Below, piece after piece: positions 19,367 to 28,612 of a stretch of 64,000 bases of DNA. The notes under the pieces were generated by a model, which worked only from the letters and a program-made list of their open reading frames with translations, was not told the DNA's origin and searched no databases. This DNA comes from an uncultured Chloroflexia bacterium (GTDB lineage: Bacteria; Chloroflexota; Anaerolineae; Anaerolineales; UBA4823): contig CAVORW010000007.1 of assembly GCA_963698715.1 (NCBI GenBank), positions 69,190-133,189 of the forward strand. The letters run 5' to 3'. The translations under genes and the position numbers were made by a program. Each line of letters starts with the position of its first letter. Positions within the stretch are counted from its first letter, which is position 1.

Positions 19367-21792
19367 TGTCTGTCGTACTCCTGTAGCTCGAGTTGAATTT
19401 CTTGAAAAATGGGCACTTGAAGGCGAGTTCCATGGATAGGAAGTGGCTGTCCATCCAGCCAGACCTTCTTGGCACTTGCGCCATGCAATTGAATCACAAT
19501 GCGTTGATGCGGGAAAGGATAGCTGCCCTGGGACTCGCGCCTGATAATTGAGCGCGAGGCTGAACGCTCGAATATAAATTCATCCAGCCGCCAGTCCTTA
19601 TAACCGTCACCCACATCGCTGTAGAGCACCCCCAGCCCTTTTCCCCGGTAGGGGACATAAATGTGCAGATAAAGTTCGTCTTTAGATAGTGTCGGTAGGA
19701 TACTGCCCGCCTTCACGAGCACTGGAATGTGCTCGAGATTTACGGGCAGATCGATTGTGGCAGGGCCAAGCAAACGAGTGTCATCCCAAAAACTATACCA
19801 TTCACCGGCTGGAAGGGTGAGCCGGCGAGATTGCGCTCCTGGCTCAAGAACTGGGGCCACCAAAAGATCTGGGCCGCACAGGAAGGCATCATTCGTGTCC
19901 CAATAATTTGAATTGGCTGGGTTCTGCCACCACAAAGGCCGAATGAAGGGCTGACCGGTCTGACTTGCTTTCCAGGTCAGGGTATAAAAATATGGGAGCA
20001 ACTGGTAACGCAGGTGCAGAAATTTTCCAATGATTGCAGTAAATGGATCTCCATACACCCACGGTTCGCGGCGGGTGGATCCGATTGCCGAGTGGGTCCG
20101 GAAGAGGGGTAGAAAAGTTGCCATTTGGAACCAGCGCAGGTAAAGCTCAGCCGAAGGATCGCCAGAAAAACCGCCGATATCTGGTCCAGTCATCCCCAGC
20201 CCGCTTAAGCTGAGTCCCAAGATCGAAGGGATGCTCATGCGGAGCGCTTCCCAGGAACTTTGAATATCTCCCGTCCAATTCCAGGCATATCGTTGGATAC
20301 CTGCCCAGGCTGACCGGGTAAATATCCAAGGCCGGGAATCGGGCCGTATTTTTCGCAGCGCTTCGTAAGCGGATCGATTCATCAGTAATGCGTATAGATT
20401 ATGGCCAGCGCGATGGTCTCCCCCCGTTCCATCCATATCATGCCGGGTTGATAGCGGTAAAGTCATATCACCCCAGGCAGAAAATGAAGTCGGCTCATTC
20501 ATGTCATGCCAGAACCCCGCAATTCCCATGTTTACAAGGAAGGGATATTGATCTCCCCACCAGCGGCGGGTTGTTGGATTCGTAAAATCTGGAAAAACGG
20601 ACCAATCGGGCCAGACCAGCCCGGTCTGATTTTTCCCCTTTGGGTTTTTACAATAAACGTCATGTTTCAAGCCTTCCTGATAAATCGAATACCCAGCATC
20701 TTTCTTCACACCAGGATCAATGATGGTTACCAGGCGGACGGGATCTAATCCATCTTCCGGTTCAGACAGCGACTTCGATAGGCTGCTCAGATCCGGGAAT
20801 CTTTCTCGATCCACGGTAAAGACGCGGTACCCATCCATGTAATCAATGTCCAGATGGATGGCACTGATCGGCCAACCGCGTTGGCGGAATCCTGCTGCCA
20901 CAGCGCGGATGTCTGCTTCTGTCTTATATCCCCAACGGCATTGATGATAACCAAGCGCCCAGCGCGGCGGCAGCTCAGGACGCCCGGTCAGTTCTGTATA
21001 GCGGGTTAATGCCAGCTCCGGCGGACCAGGGATGAAATAAGTACGCAGCATTCCAGCTTCAAAACTGGCTTCAGATTTACCTTCTGTACCAGGGGGATCA
21101 AAAGAGATACTGCCAGGGTAATAATTTTCATAAAAGATCAGGTAGCTTCCGCGAGTATGCAGGCTGATGTAAACGGGAATGGGTTTATATATCGGTCCAT
21201 CCCCTGGACCATAACTGCCTCCTGGGTCAGTATTCCACAGCTGGTAATTTCTGCCCCGTAAATCCAGTTCGCCAGTTTGATGGCCCAGCCCAAACACGTG
21301 CTCGTCAATTGCCAGAGAGGCTTGATGCGACCAGGCCTCACCCTGCCTCTCAGGCGGGGATTCGCTCCGCAGCAGCGCCCCGCCTGGTGTGAAATAATCC
21401 AGGTTCCCTTGCGGCCCAACTCGAACGGACAGTTCCGCACTTGAGATCAGGTTGTTCTGACCCTGGTGTTCAAGCCGGATAGGGACTTCTGGCCAATCGA
21501 TTTTGGCCAGTGCGTATGGGAGAGGTGGCTGTGCCGGTCCCCAGGAAATTCGAGCCATATCTGAAGCCAGGAAGACAATCTCAAGTTCAGCATGTTTAAA
21601 TTGAATCGTTGCGCCGCTCGGAAATTTAGTGGATTTTAACCGCCGTCCAGGCTGGAGAACGGGCTGCGAGGCGGGCAAGACATGATATTTCCGATCAAGA
21701 CGGTCGCGGCCCAGGCTGTAGCGTACCGTTCGCAGGCTGGTTTTAATGCCGGTGAAGCGGATGGCGGCTGCAACTTTTTGGATGATATTCAT
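19363..21792 (-). CDS. GH31 alpha-glucosidase
   Basis: HLDIDYMDGYRVFT, IIDPG, catalytic WHDMNE, WTGD, GPDIGGF. Confidence 0.92.
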   Translation of the reverse strand: MNIIQKVAAAIRFTGIKTSLRTVRYSLGRDRLDRKYHVLPASQPVLQPGRRLKSTKFPSGATIQFKHAELEIVFLASDMARISWGPAQPPLPYALAKIDWPEVPIRLEHQGQNNLISSAELSVRVGPQGNLDYFTPGGALLRSESPPERQGEAWSHQASLAIDEHVFGLGHQTGELDLRGRNYQLWNTDPGGSYGPGDGPIYKPIPVYISLHTRGSYLIFYENYYPGSISFDPPGTEGKSEASFEAGMLRTYFIPGPPELALTRYTELTGRPELPPRWALGYHQCRWGYKTEADIRAVAAGFRQRGWPISAIHLDIDYMDGYRVFTVDRERFPDLSSLSKSLSEPEDGLDPVRLVTIIDPGVKKDAGYSIYQEGLKHDVYCKNPKGKNQTGLVWPDWSVFPDFTNPTTRRWWGDQYPFLVNMGIAGFWHDMNEPTSFSAWGDMTLPLSTRHDMDGTGGDHRAGHNLYALLMNRSAYEALRKIRPDSRPWIFTRSAWAGIQRYAWNWTGDIQSSWEALRMSIPSILGLSLSGLGMTGPDIGGFSGDPSAELYLRWFQMATFLPLFRTHSAIGSTRREPWVYGDPFTAIIGKFLHLRYQLLPYFYTLTWKASQTGQPFIRPLWWQNPANSNYWDTNDAFLCGPDLLVAPVLEPGAQSRRLTLPAGEWYSFWDDTRLLGPATIDLPVNLEHIPVLVKAGSILPTLSKDELYLHIYVPYRGKGLGVLYSDVGDGYKDWRLDEFIFERSASRSIIRRESQGSYPFPHQRIVIQLHGASAKKVWLDGQPLPIHGTRLQVPIFQEIQLELQEYDRQ

Positions 21793-21939
21793 AGAACAGT
21801 CCCACTCAATTTGATTGTCAGGCTGGAGATCAGTTTAGAAAATTATTCCAAAAATCCAGGTTTTACATTAGGATCTACAAAAAAAGCCGGCAGGCAGGTG
21901 GTTGTGGGTAGGCTCTTATTCTAACCCGATTTGCAGCCT

Positions 21940-22842
21940 TCAGGCGTCGTCCGCAGCGATTGCCCTGGCAGCAACCCGGTAGATCTCGTCCAGGCTGGCG
22001 CCGCGCGCTTTGTCAATCCGCTCGAATCGTTTGCTGAATTGATCCATTGCGTAATTAATGAACTCCGCCTCGACCAGACCAAATGGAACCGGGTCGTAAA
22101 GCGCAAATATGTCACTCACTACGCCAACTGCCGGCAGCAGGAGGCGATTCATTTGTTCTTCAAGGCCAGACCAGAGTTCTGGATTAGCAGCAATCAGGCG
22201 CGAAATCAAGAAAATTCCATAGGCGATGTGGCGGGATTCATCTTGTTTTACCAGGGTGATCCCTTTCCTGACACCCGGCATGAGTTTGTTCCGCTCCAGC
22301 ACAGTGAAATAAGCATGATAGCCGGTTTCTGCCAGCACTCCTTCAACAATCAAGTTATAGGTAACGGCTGCCCGAAGCTGGGCCGCGGGGGTTGGATCCT
22401 GCTTGAGAGCGGTAAGCGCAGCTGGCAGTTCTTGGTATACAACAGTCCGGTAACTGCCAGTGTTGTAATGGCTGAGGTCACCCGAAGACTGGGCCACTTC
22501 ATCCAAAAAACGGCGGAAGAAATCTGTGTGTTTGGCTTCTTCAAATAAAAAGGTTGTCAGGTACATCTGCTCTTCAATCCGCCCTTCATCGGCGATTACC
22601 TGAATTAATGGAAGCAAATCCAGGGTAACTGCCTCCTCGCCGGCTTGAAACATGGAGGTTAAACGCAGGATGAGATCCTTTTCCTGATCGCTGAAGTTAT
22701 TCCAGTCCTGCCGATCCTGGCTGAAGTCAATTTCGGTGGGGTTCCAAATGCCCAGTCGCTTGGCTTTTTCAAACAAGCGCATGGGCGGAGACTGGCGTTG
22801 CAACCCGCGAGTGATGGTTGTGAAACTCTGATGACTGCCCAT
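21940..22842 (-). CDS. R2-like ligand-binding oxidase (R2lox, Mn/Fe)
   Basis: AGEEAVTLDLLP, FEEAKH, TYNLIVEGVLAETGY, DESRHIAYG. No nrdA nearby. Confidence 0.9.
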   Translation of the reverse strand: MGSHQSFTTITRGLQRQSPPMRLFEKAKRLGIWNPTEIDFSQDRQDWNNFSDQEKDLILRLTSMFQAGEEAVTLDLLPLIQVIADEGRIEEQMYLTTFLFEEAKHTDFFRRFLDEVAQSSGDLSHYNTGSYRTVVYQELPAALTALKQDPTPAAQLRAAVTYNLIVEGVLAETGYHAYFTVLERNKLMPGVRKGITLVKQDESRHIAYGIFLISRLIAANPELWSGLEEQMNRLLLPAVGVVSDIFALYDPVPFGLVEAEFINYAMDQFSKRFERIDKARGASLDEIYRVAARAIAADDA

Positions 22843-22982
22843 CTCACCTCTTTGCCTGTATCACCGGAACGGAATGCTTGAAACCCTGCTCACCATTCCA
22901 CCTTTCTATTGGTTAGCCTATTTTAACGTGAGTCTGGTGATATTTCAGTCCAATTACACATCCTGGGCATTGTGGGAAGAAA

Positions 22983-23035
22983 AAAGTTGTGTTATCGCCC
23001 GCTGTCCGACAGACTGCGGGCGATAACACAACTTT
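22983..23035. repeat. REP-like palindrome, homologous to 17368-17412
   Basis: AAAGTTGTGTTATCGCCCGCtGTCcgacaGACtGCGGGCGATAACACAACTTT. Confidence 0.7.
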
Positions 23036-23100
23036 AAACGCTCACTCAGTGGGCGAAGGTCGTTCAGCTGTTTAATATTGGAGATAGTCCACGGCGAATT

Positions 23101-24399
23101 TTATTGGCGATGTTTTTCAACAAAATAGCACAAGCAGGCTTCGTCAATCAAATCTGGAGTCAGTCGGGGTTTCGATCCTTCGTAATCACAAAGAGATATC
23201 ACCGTCGTGATTAAGTCGCGAGGATGCACCGCTTGCATCTGGCGATCTGTCTGCCGATACCATTTCTGAAGCAAGTGTAAAAACGTGTCCTTATCGAAAG
23301 GGATCCCTAAATCTTTACAGGACTGGGAGAAGATCTGAAAAAACAGTTTTTCGTCTGGTGCTTCAACACTGACCTTGATTTGGATGCGACGCAGGAAGGC
23401 ATCATCGACCAGGTCATTGGGATCCAGATTCGTGCTGAATACAATCAGCATTTTAAAAGGGACAACGATGGTCTGGCCTGTATGCAAGCGCAAGAAATCC
23501 ACTTTACTTTCAAGCGGTACAATCCAGCGATTGAGTAAATTGGTCGGACTGACCTGCTGGCGCCCAAAGTCATCCAGCAAGAACATCCCCCCGTTGGCTT
23601 TCAGCTGGAGCGGTGCTTCATAGATCTTGCTGATTGGATCGTAGCGCAGATCGAGAGCTGCCATGTCGAGTTCCCCACCCACCATAACCGATGGGCGTTC
23701 GAATAAGCCCCAACGCCGGTCAATGCGTCCATAATCGTTTGTGCGGCCGCGATCGACAGGCAGCTCATGGTGAATCAGGCGATCGTGGATCTGAATAATT
23801 TGCCCGCCTGCCGTTAAGGCATATGGGATCCAAATTGGTTCAGTGCCCGCGATCAGCCGGCCGATCATTTGAGCAATTGAAGTCTTACCATTCCCTGGTG
23901 GTCCATACAGGAACAAGGATGTACCGGAATTGAGCGCCGGACCGATTCGCCGGTCGAACCCAGCCGGTAGAATTAAAAATTTTAATGCCTCAATGACCTG
24001 ATGGTTCTTGACTTTGCGCTTTTGGTTGGTTTGCAAGTCAATGCCCTGGTTATATACGTGTATCGGTATCGGTACTGGCCCGACATATTGGCTGCGTTCC
24101 AGTGAGTCTCGAGCGCGCAGTTCACCGGCTTGGGTCAGCGTATAGACGTAGGCCAGCCGGCCGAGCTCTCCATTGGCTTTTGAGACTTCTACCAGGTGTT
24201 CCTTTTGCAGCCACAATAACTGTTCGTCGATTATCCGGTTGGGTATTCGCAAAACCTCAACAAACCGACTGAGAGCGACATTCCCCTCGTTAAAGAGCAA
24301 GCGCAGGACTAAGTCGATGATGATACTTTGAGGAACGCAAAGGTCGTCAATTGTGTTCGGTTCTTTAAGTAGTTGTTTGAGCGAGTTCTGCTCTGCCAT
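23101..24399 (-). CDS. Uncharacterised AAA+ ATPase with an N-terminal wHTH-like region
   Basis: YGPPGNGKT, YEAPLQLKANGGMFLLDDFGRQ, FSTNL, AFLRRI. GGAG RBS before ATG 24399. Confidence 0.8.
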   Translation of the reverse strand: MAEQNSLKQLLKEPNTIDDLCVPQSIIIDLVLRLLFNEGNVALSRFVEVLRIPNRIIDEQLLWLQKEHLVEVSKANGELGRLAYVYTLTQAGELRARDSLERSQYVGPVPIPIHVYNQGIDLQTNQKRKVKNHQVIEALKFLILPAGFDRRIGPALNSGTSLFLYGPPGNGKTSIAQMIGRLIAGTEPIWIPYALTAGGQIIQIHDRLIHHELPVDRGRTNDYGRIDRRWGLFERPSVMVGGELDMAALDLRYDPISKIYEAPLQLKANGGMFLLDDFGRQQVSPTNLLNRWIVPLESKVDFLRLHTGQTIVVPFKMLIVFSTNLDPNDLVDDAFLRRIQIKVSVEAPDEKLFFQIFSQSCKDLGIPFDKDTFLHLLQKWYRQTDRQMQAVHPRDLITTVISLCDYEGSKPRLTPDLIDEACLCYFVEKHRQ

Positions 24400-24690
24400 A
24401 CCTGTCTCCAAATCGGATCGGCGCGCGAGACGTGAATGTAAGTCTGTATTCTGGACCGAGAATTGAGGTGTGCGATTGAGATGCGGACACAGCTCAAAAC
24501 GAATCTCACAACTTAATATTTATCTGTACCCCAGATCTAAATAATGCCTGATTGCAAGAACGATTCTAACATTGACTACCCCAGTAAACTGGTTTTTACG
24601 ACATTCAAATTTGAAAGGGGAGCTGTCAAAAATTGTAGCTGGCAAATGGCAGCTGAGCTTAAATCACGGGCACATTCTTCCAGGCTCACC

Positions 24691-25407
24691 TCATCCGGTG
24701 AGCGCCAGTTTTTGAATTTCCAGAAGTTCCCCGATACCTTGGTTAGCCATGTCGAGCAAACCATCTAGGAGCTGGCGTGAGAAGGGCTGCCCTTCTGCGG
24801 TACCCTGGACTTCAATATACTGGCCATCTCCGTTCATGACGACATTGAAATCGACTTCAGCGGCTGAATCTTCCTGGTAGCATAGATCCAGCAAAGGTTG
24901 GCCATCCACAATCCCAACACTCACTGCCGCGACCGGGGCCAGGAATATTTCTGGCGTGAGTGCGCCCCGATCAACCAAGTTCTGCAAGGCCAGAGCCAGT
25001 GCGACGTATCCACCGGTGATTGCAGCAGTCCGCGTACCGCCATCCGCCTGCAGAACGTCGCAATCAACAATGCAAGTCCAGGGTCCCATCTTTTGCAGAT
25101 CAATCGCAGAACGCAGGCTGCGGCCAATCAAACGGCGGATTTCCTGGGTACGACCACCCAGGCCTCGGGTTTCACGTGGTGTGCGCACTTGGGTTGCGCG
25201 CGGCAGCATGGCATATTCCCCTGTGATCCAGCCGGATTGATTATCCTGAGATTGCATCCAGCGTGGTACCCCGGGTTCAATGCTCACATTGCACAAAACC
25301 TGGGTATGCCCAATGCTGATTAAAACAGATCCTTCTGGATAGATAACAAACTGAGTCTTCAGGTTGACTGGGCGTAATTCGTCTGCTTTCCTGCCATCGG
25401 TGCGCAT
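24691..25407 (-). CDS. rph: Ribonuclease PH
   Basis: RTDGRKADELRP, EYAMLPRAT, RTQEIRRLIGRSLR, QADGGTRTA, EVQGTAE. Confidence 0.96.
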   Translation of the reverse strand: MRTDGRKADELRPVNLKTQFVIYPEGSVLISIGHTQVLCNVSIEPGVPRWMQSQDNQSGWITGEYAMLPRATQVRTPRETRGLGGRTQEIRRLIGRSLRSAIDLQKMGPWTCIVDCDVLQADGGTRTAAITGGYVALALALQNLVDRGALTPEIFLAPVAAVSVGIVDGQPLLDLCYQEDSAAEVDFNVVMNGDGQYIEVQGTAEGQPFSRQLLDGLLDMANQGIGELLEIQKLALTG

Positions 25408-25838
25408 TGTTTTACTTCTCCTTCTTGGCACGGTTGGTCACCGTCCTGAATTAGAACTTGGGCAAAAGTTTGAATTGGTGATAAATCTCATATCCATTTT
25501 AGCGCAGCTTATCACTTAGGCCACTGCAAACCCAAAATCCCCCCCAGATTATGGCAGCCTGGATTGTTGATCCCACCCCTGAAAACAGCCATGCCGCAAT
25601 CCTTGCTTGACTGCTAGGAGATTTTAATCTAGACTTTATTTGGGCCCGGGTATAATGAGGTTTCAGCAGGCTCTCAGAGAAATCTTGTGGGATGCCTCAA
25701 ATCCGGGACTTGAAACAGACATTCCTGATGAGCGATCATGGACATAGTCCACCCGCAGGAATAAAAATCTACCCTATTTTCAAGACTGCCGAACAGCAGG
25801 CTTTGGCAGTGAGGTAAACTAATATTAAGGGGATCTGA

Positions 25839-27335
25839 ATGTGGACTCTCACATTACGCACGCCAGATGGGGCCCCGCGAGTATTCACGATCAAGCGAGG
25901 CAAGACCTCTATTGGCCGGTTGGATGAAAATGACGTCGTTCTGTCTGATGTCTCGGCATCGCGTCGCCACGCCGAACTTGAGTATGACCCTTTAGGGGAG
26001 GTTTTAACGATTCGGGATCCTGGCAGCACGAATGGTACCTATGTAAACCGCGAGAGGCTGATAGGAACAAAGCGTTTATCCCATAACGATGTCATCCGAA
26101 TTGGCGAGGACGTGATTAACATCGCCTTTCACGATACTGCTGAACCGATTGGCTTGAAGAATTTCGGTACTCAGCCCTTGACTCGTGAAATTCTGCTTGA
26201 ATCAATCGACCAACATGCCGTCCTGCTCTATGAAGTCTCTCGCAGGCTGAACACGGTCCTGGATATTGAAACTGCCCTGCGAGAAGTTGCCAGTGGTATG
26301 CAGCGTGCCATGGGCGCGGACAAATGTGAAGTAATCATCAAAGATGATTTTGATCGTTTGAGCGACCTTGGATTCCCCACCTCAATTGCAAAAATGGCGA
26401 TCGACCAGCGTTCGACGATCATTATTCCCGATCTTTCTGCCCATGGAGATCTGGTTGGGAAAAGCGCGTATCTGCTCCGGATCCGGTCGGCATTATGTGT
26501 GCCGGTTATGACCGGGGAGGATCTCCTGGGCCTGATTTATATGTATAAAACTGATCCGGGAGCACACCCTTTTGAGCAGCGTGATATCCAACTCGCGGTG
26601 GCGATCAGCCATCAGGCAGCACTGACAATCCAACGGATGGAGCTCATTCAACAGGTTCAGGAGGAGCAGCAGGTGCGCCAGCTGCTGCAGCGTTTTGTTT
26701 CACCGCTGGAAGCTGATTTCATTATGCAGGAGTATATTCACACGGGTCAGCTTCCAGAGCTGGCTGAAAGAACGGTCACCATCCTGTTCGCCGATATTGC
26801 CGACTCAACTGGATTAGCAGAACGTCTGGGCCCAAAACGTTTTGGTGAGATCCTGCGGATCTACTACGAAGATATGACCAATATTGTTTTTGAAAACGGT
26901 GGCCTGGTCGATAAATATCTCGGTGACGGCTTAATGGCAGTTTTCGGTATGACCGAGAAAAAACCCGATCCGGAAGGCCGGGCGGTCGTGGCAGGCACCC
27001 GCATGCTGGAGCATGTCGAACGCCTGAATAAAGAGAATCAAGAAAAGATCGTCATCGGGGTTGGGATTAATACTGGCCCGGTTGTGGCTGGATATGTTGG
27101 GACGATGCAAAGAGTAGAATTGACAGTGCTGGGGGATACGGTGAACGTGGCCTCCGGTCTGCAAGGCAATGCCCGTCCAAACCGCCTGCTGGTTGGTCCG
27201 GCCACTGTAGCTGCGATTATTGGCAGGTTCAATATGATCCGGGTGGGTGCGATCACGGTGAAAGGCCGTTTGCGTGATATTCAAGCCTACGAGGTCATCC
27301 GAGACCACAGTCAGGGTGGTCTGACGAATGCTTGA
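25839..27335 (+). CDS. FHA-GAF-class III adenylate/guanylate cyclase
   Basis: FHA (IGR, SRRHA, STNGT), GAF (SALCVP..LGLIY), cyclase (FADIADST, KYLGDG, GINTG, GDTVNVASGL). Confidence 0.88.
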   Translation: MWTLTLRTPDGAPRVFTIKRGKTSIGRLDENDVVLSDVSASRRHAELEYDPLGEVLTIRDPGSTNGTYVNRERLIGTKRLSHNDVIRIGEDVINIAFHDTAEPIGLKNFGTQPLTREILLESIDQHAVLLYEVSRRLNTVLDIETALREVASGMQRAMGADKCEVIIKDDFDRLSDLGFPTSIAKMAIDQRSTIIIPDLSAHGDLVGKSAYLLRIRSALCVPVMTGEDLLGLIYMYKTDPGAHPFEQRDIQLAVAISHQAALTIQRMELIQQVQEEQQVRQLLQRFVSPLEADFIMQEYIHTGQLPELAERTVTILFADIADSTGLAERLGPKRFGEILRIYYEDMTNIVFENGGLVDKYLGDGLMAVFGMTEKKPDPEGRAVVAGTRMLEHVERLNKENQEKIVIGVGINTGPVVAGYVGTMQRVELTVLGDTVNVASGLQGNARPNRLLVGPATVAAIIGRFNMIRVGAITVKGRLRDIQAYEVIRDHSQGGLTNA

Positions 27336-27400
27336 TTAAGCCTTTAATCTAATCGGGGGATCAAACTAGGGACGGGGATTCACAGTAATTCCAAAAAACT

Positions 27401-28513
27401 TCAGTCCGAATCCTGGGATGTTTCCGTTTGCTCAAGGAACCGCCTGCGGTAATATATCAGGCTGAGCAAAATGGCGAATTGGATCGATGCGCTCAAGATC
27501 GTGGAGAACTGCTCGAAGTAAAACACCAGCAAATTTACGGTAGTCAGAGAGAGCAGCAGCCCCAGGTACCCAATTCCAATTGCCATAGGTTCGTGACCTG
27601 CCAGAAGCAATCCACCTGCAATGAGCAATAATAAACCGACAGAGGTTTCTAATGCCAACCGGGCAGAAAACCAGGCCAGGCTGCCGCTGCCAGTCAGTTG
27701 CCCGCTGGCGAGAAGCTCCTGGATTATTCTCTCCAGGGAGGTCGGTGATGGGCCGATGGGCAGGGCAAGGTACATTTTGTATAATGCAACCAGGCCTAAT
27801 GCGATCAATCCGCCGGAAATGATGGCTTTGATGCGCCAGCGATTCAACCAGCGCGATTCAACAATTCCCCAGCGGGTCATAATTTTCTGCCAGAGGGTAC
27901 TACCGGCAGGCACCAAATTCAACTGGCTATTCTGGATAAATTCCAGTAAATGATTTGCCAGGTTTGCCATATCGGGCGATTGTGTCTGTCCCTTAACATA
28001 ATGGAGTGTCTCAACCAGCTCTGCCCGTTCACTGGGATCAAGATCGTGCTCCAGGATCTCTTCAAACCCGTCCAAGGCATGATACAGGGCAGCGCGCGGC
28101 TCTCTGATTGGTGACTGGCGGACGCGCATATAAAGCATAACGGTTAATAAAAAGAAGGCGTAGATGATGGGCGCAGCGAGTGGGCTGAAGTAATCATTAT
28201 TGGCAGTGATGAACTTCCCGACTTCATCGATGAACAAGCCGACCCCTGCCCCGCTGGTCAGGGCGCTGGCAGTGTAAATCCAGCGGTTGGCAAGTACGAG
28301 TGGCCCAAGGGAGGCGATGAACAAAAGCAAACCACCCCACAGCACGTGGGCGATATGAAATCCGTTGCCGCCAATCTGCGGATAGCCTGTCAGATCGAGA
28401 AAGATCCTGGTCAGGGTAACCGAAGAAGCAAAACTGAGCAGAGTGAACATAAGGTACTGTTCAGCGCCCAACCTGGGCACGGGATTCCGGATTTGACTTC
28501 TAAATCGATACAT
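27401..28513 (-). CDS. Multi-pass membrane protein of unknown function
   Basis: Several hydrophobic segments; conserved-looking HIAHVLWGG and FIDEVGKFIT..NDYF motifs. Confidence 0.75.
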   Translation of the reverse strand: MYRFRSQIRNPVPRLGAEQYLMFTLLSFASSVTLTRIFLDLTGYPQIGGNGFHIAHVLWGGLLLFIASLGPLVLANRWIYTASALTSGAGVGLFIDEVGKFITANNDYFSPLAAPIIYAFFLLTVMLYMRVRQSPIREPRAALYHALDGFEEILEHDLDPSERAELVETLHYVKGQTQSPDMANLANHLLEFIQNSQLNLVPAGSTLWQKIMTRWGIVESRWLNRWRIKAIISGGLIALGLVALYKMYLALPIGPSPTSLERIIQELLASGQLTGSGSLAWFSARLALETSVGLLLLIAGGLLLAGHEPMAIGIGYLGLLLSLTTVNLLVFYFEQFSTILSASIQFAILLSLIYYRRRFLEQTETSQDSD

Positions 28514-28612
28514 AGATACCTCGATTGATTGGGTCCTTCAGGTATTACTGCGATAAGTTAGAAACTCCCAGGCATTTTCTGCGCCTCAATGGAATTTAAG
28601 GGTATCAGGAGC

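Noticed and set aside
21940..22842. Ribonucleotide reductase beta subunit
   Set aside because: Motifs fit R2lox and there is no adjacent alpha subunit.
25712..25762. GAAAC...CTGATGAG as a hammerhead ribozyme
   Set aside because: Order and spacing of the core motifs cannot form stems I-III.
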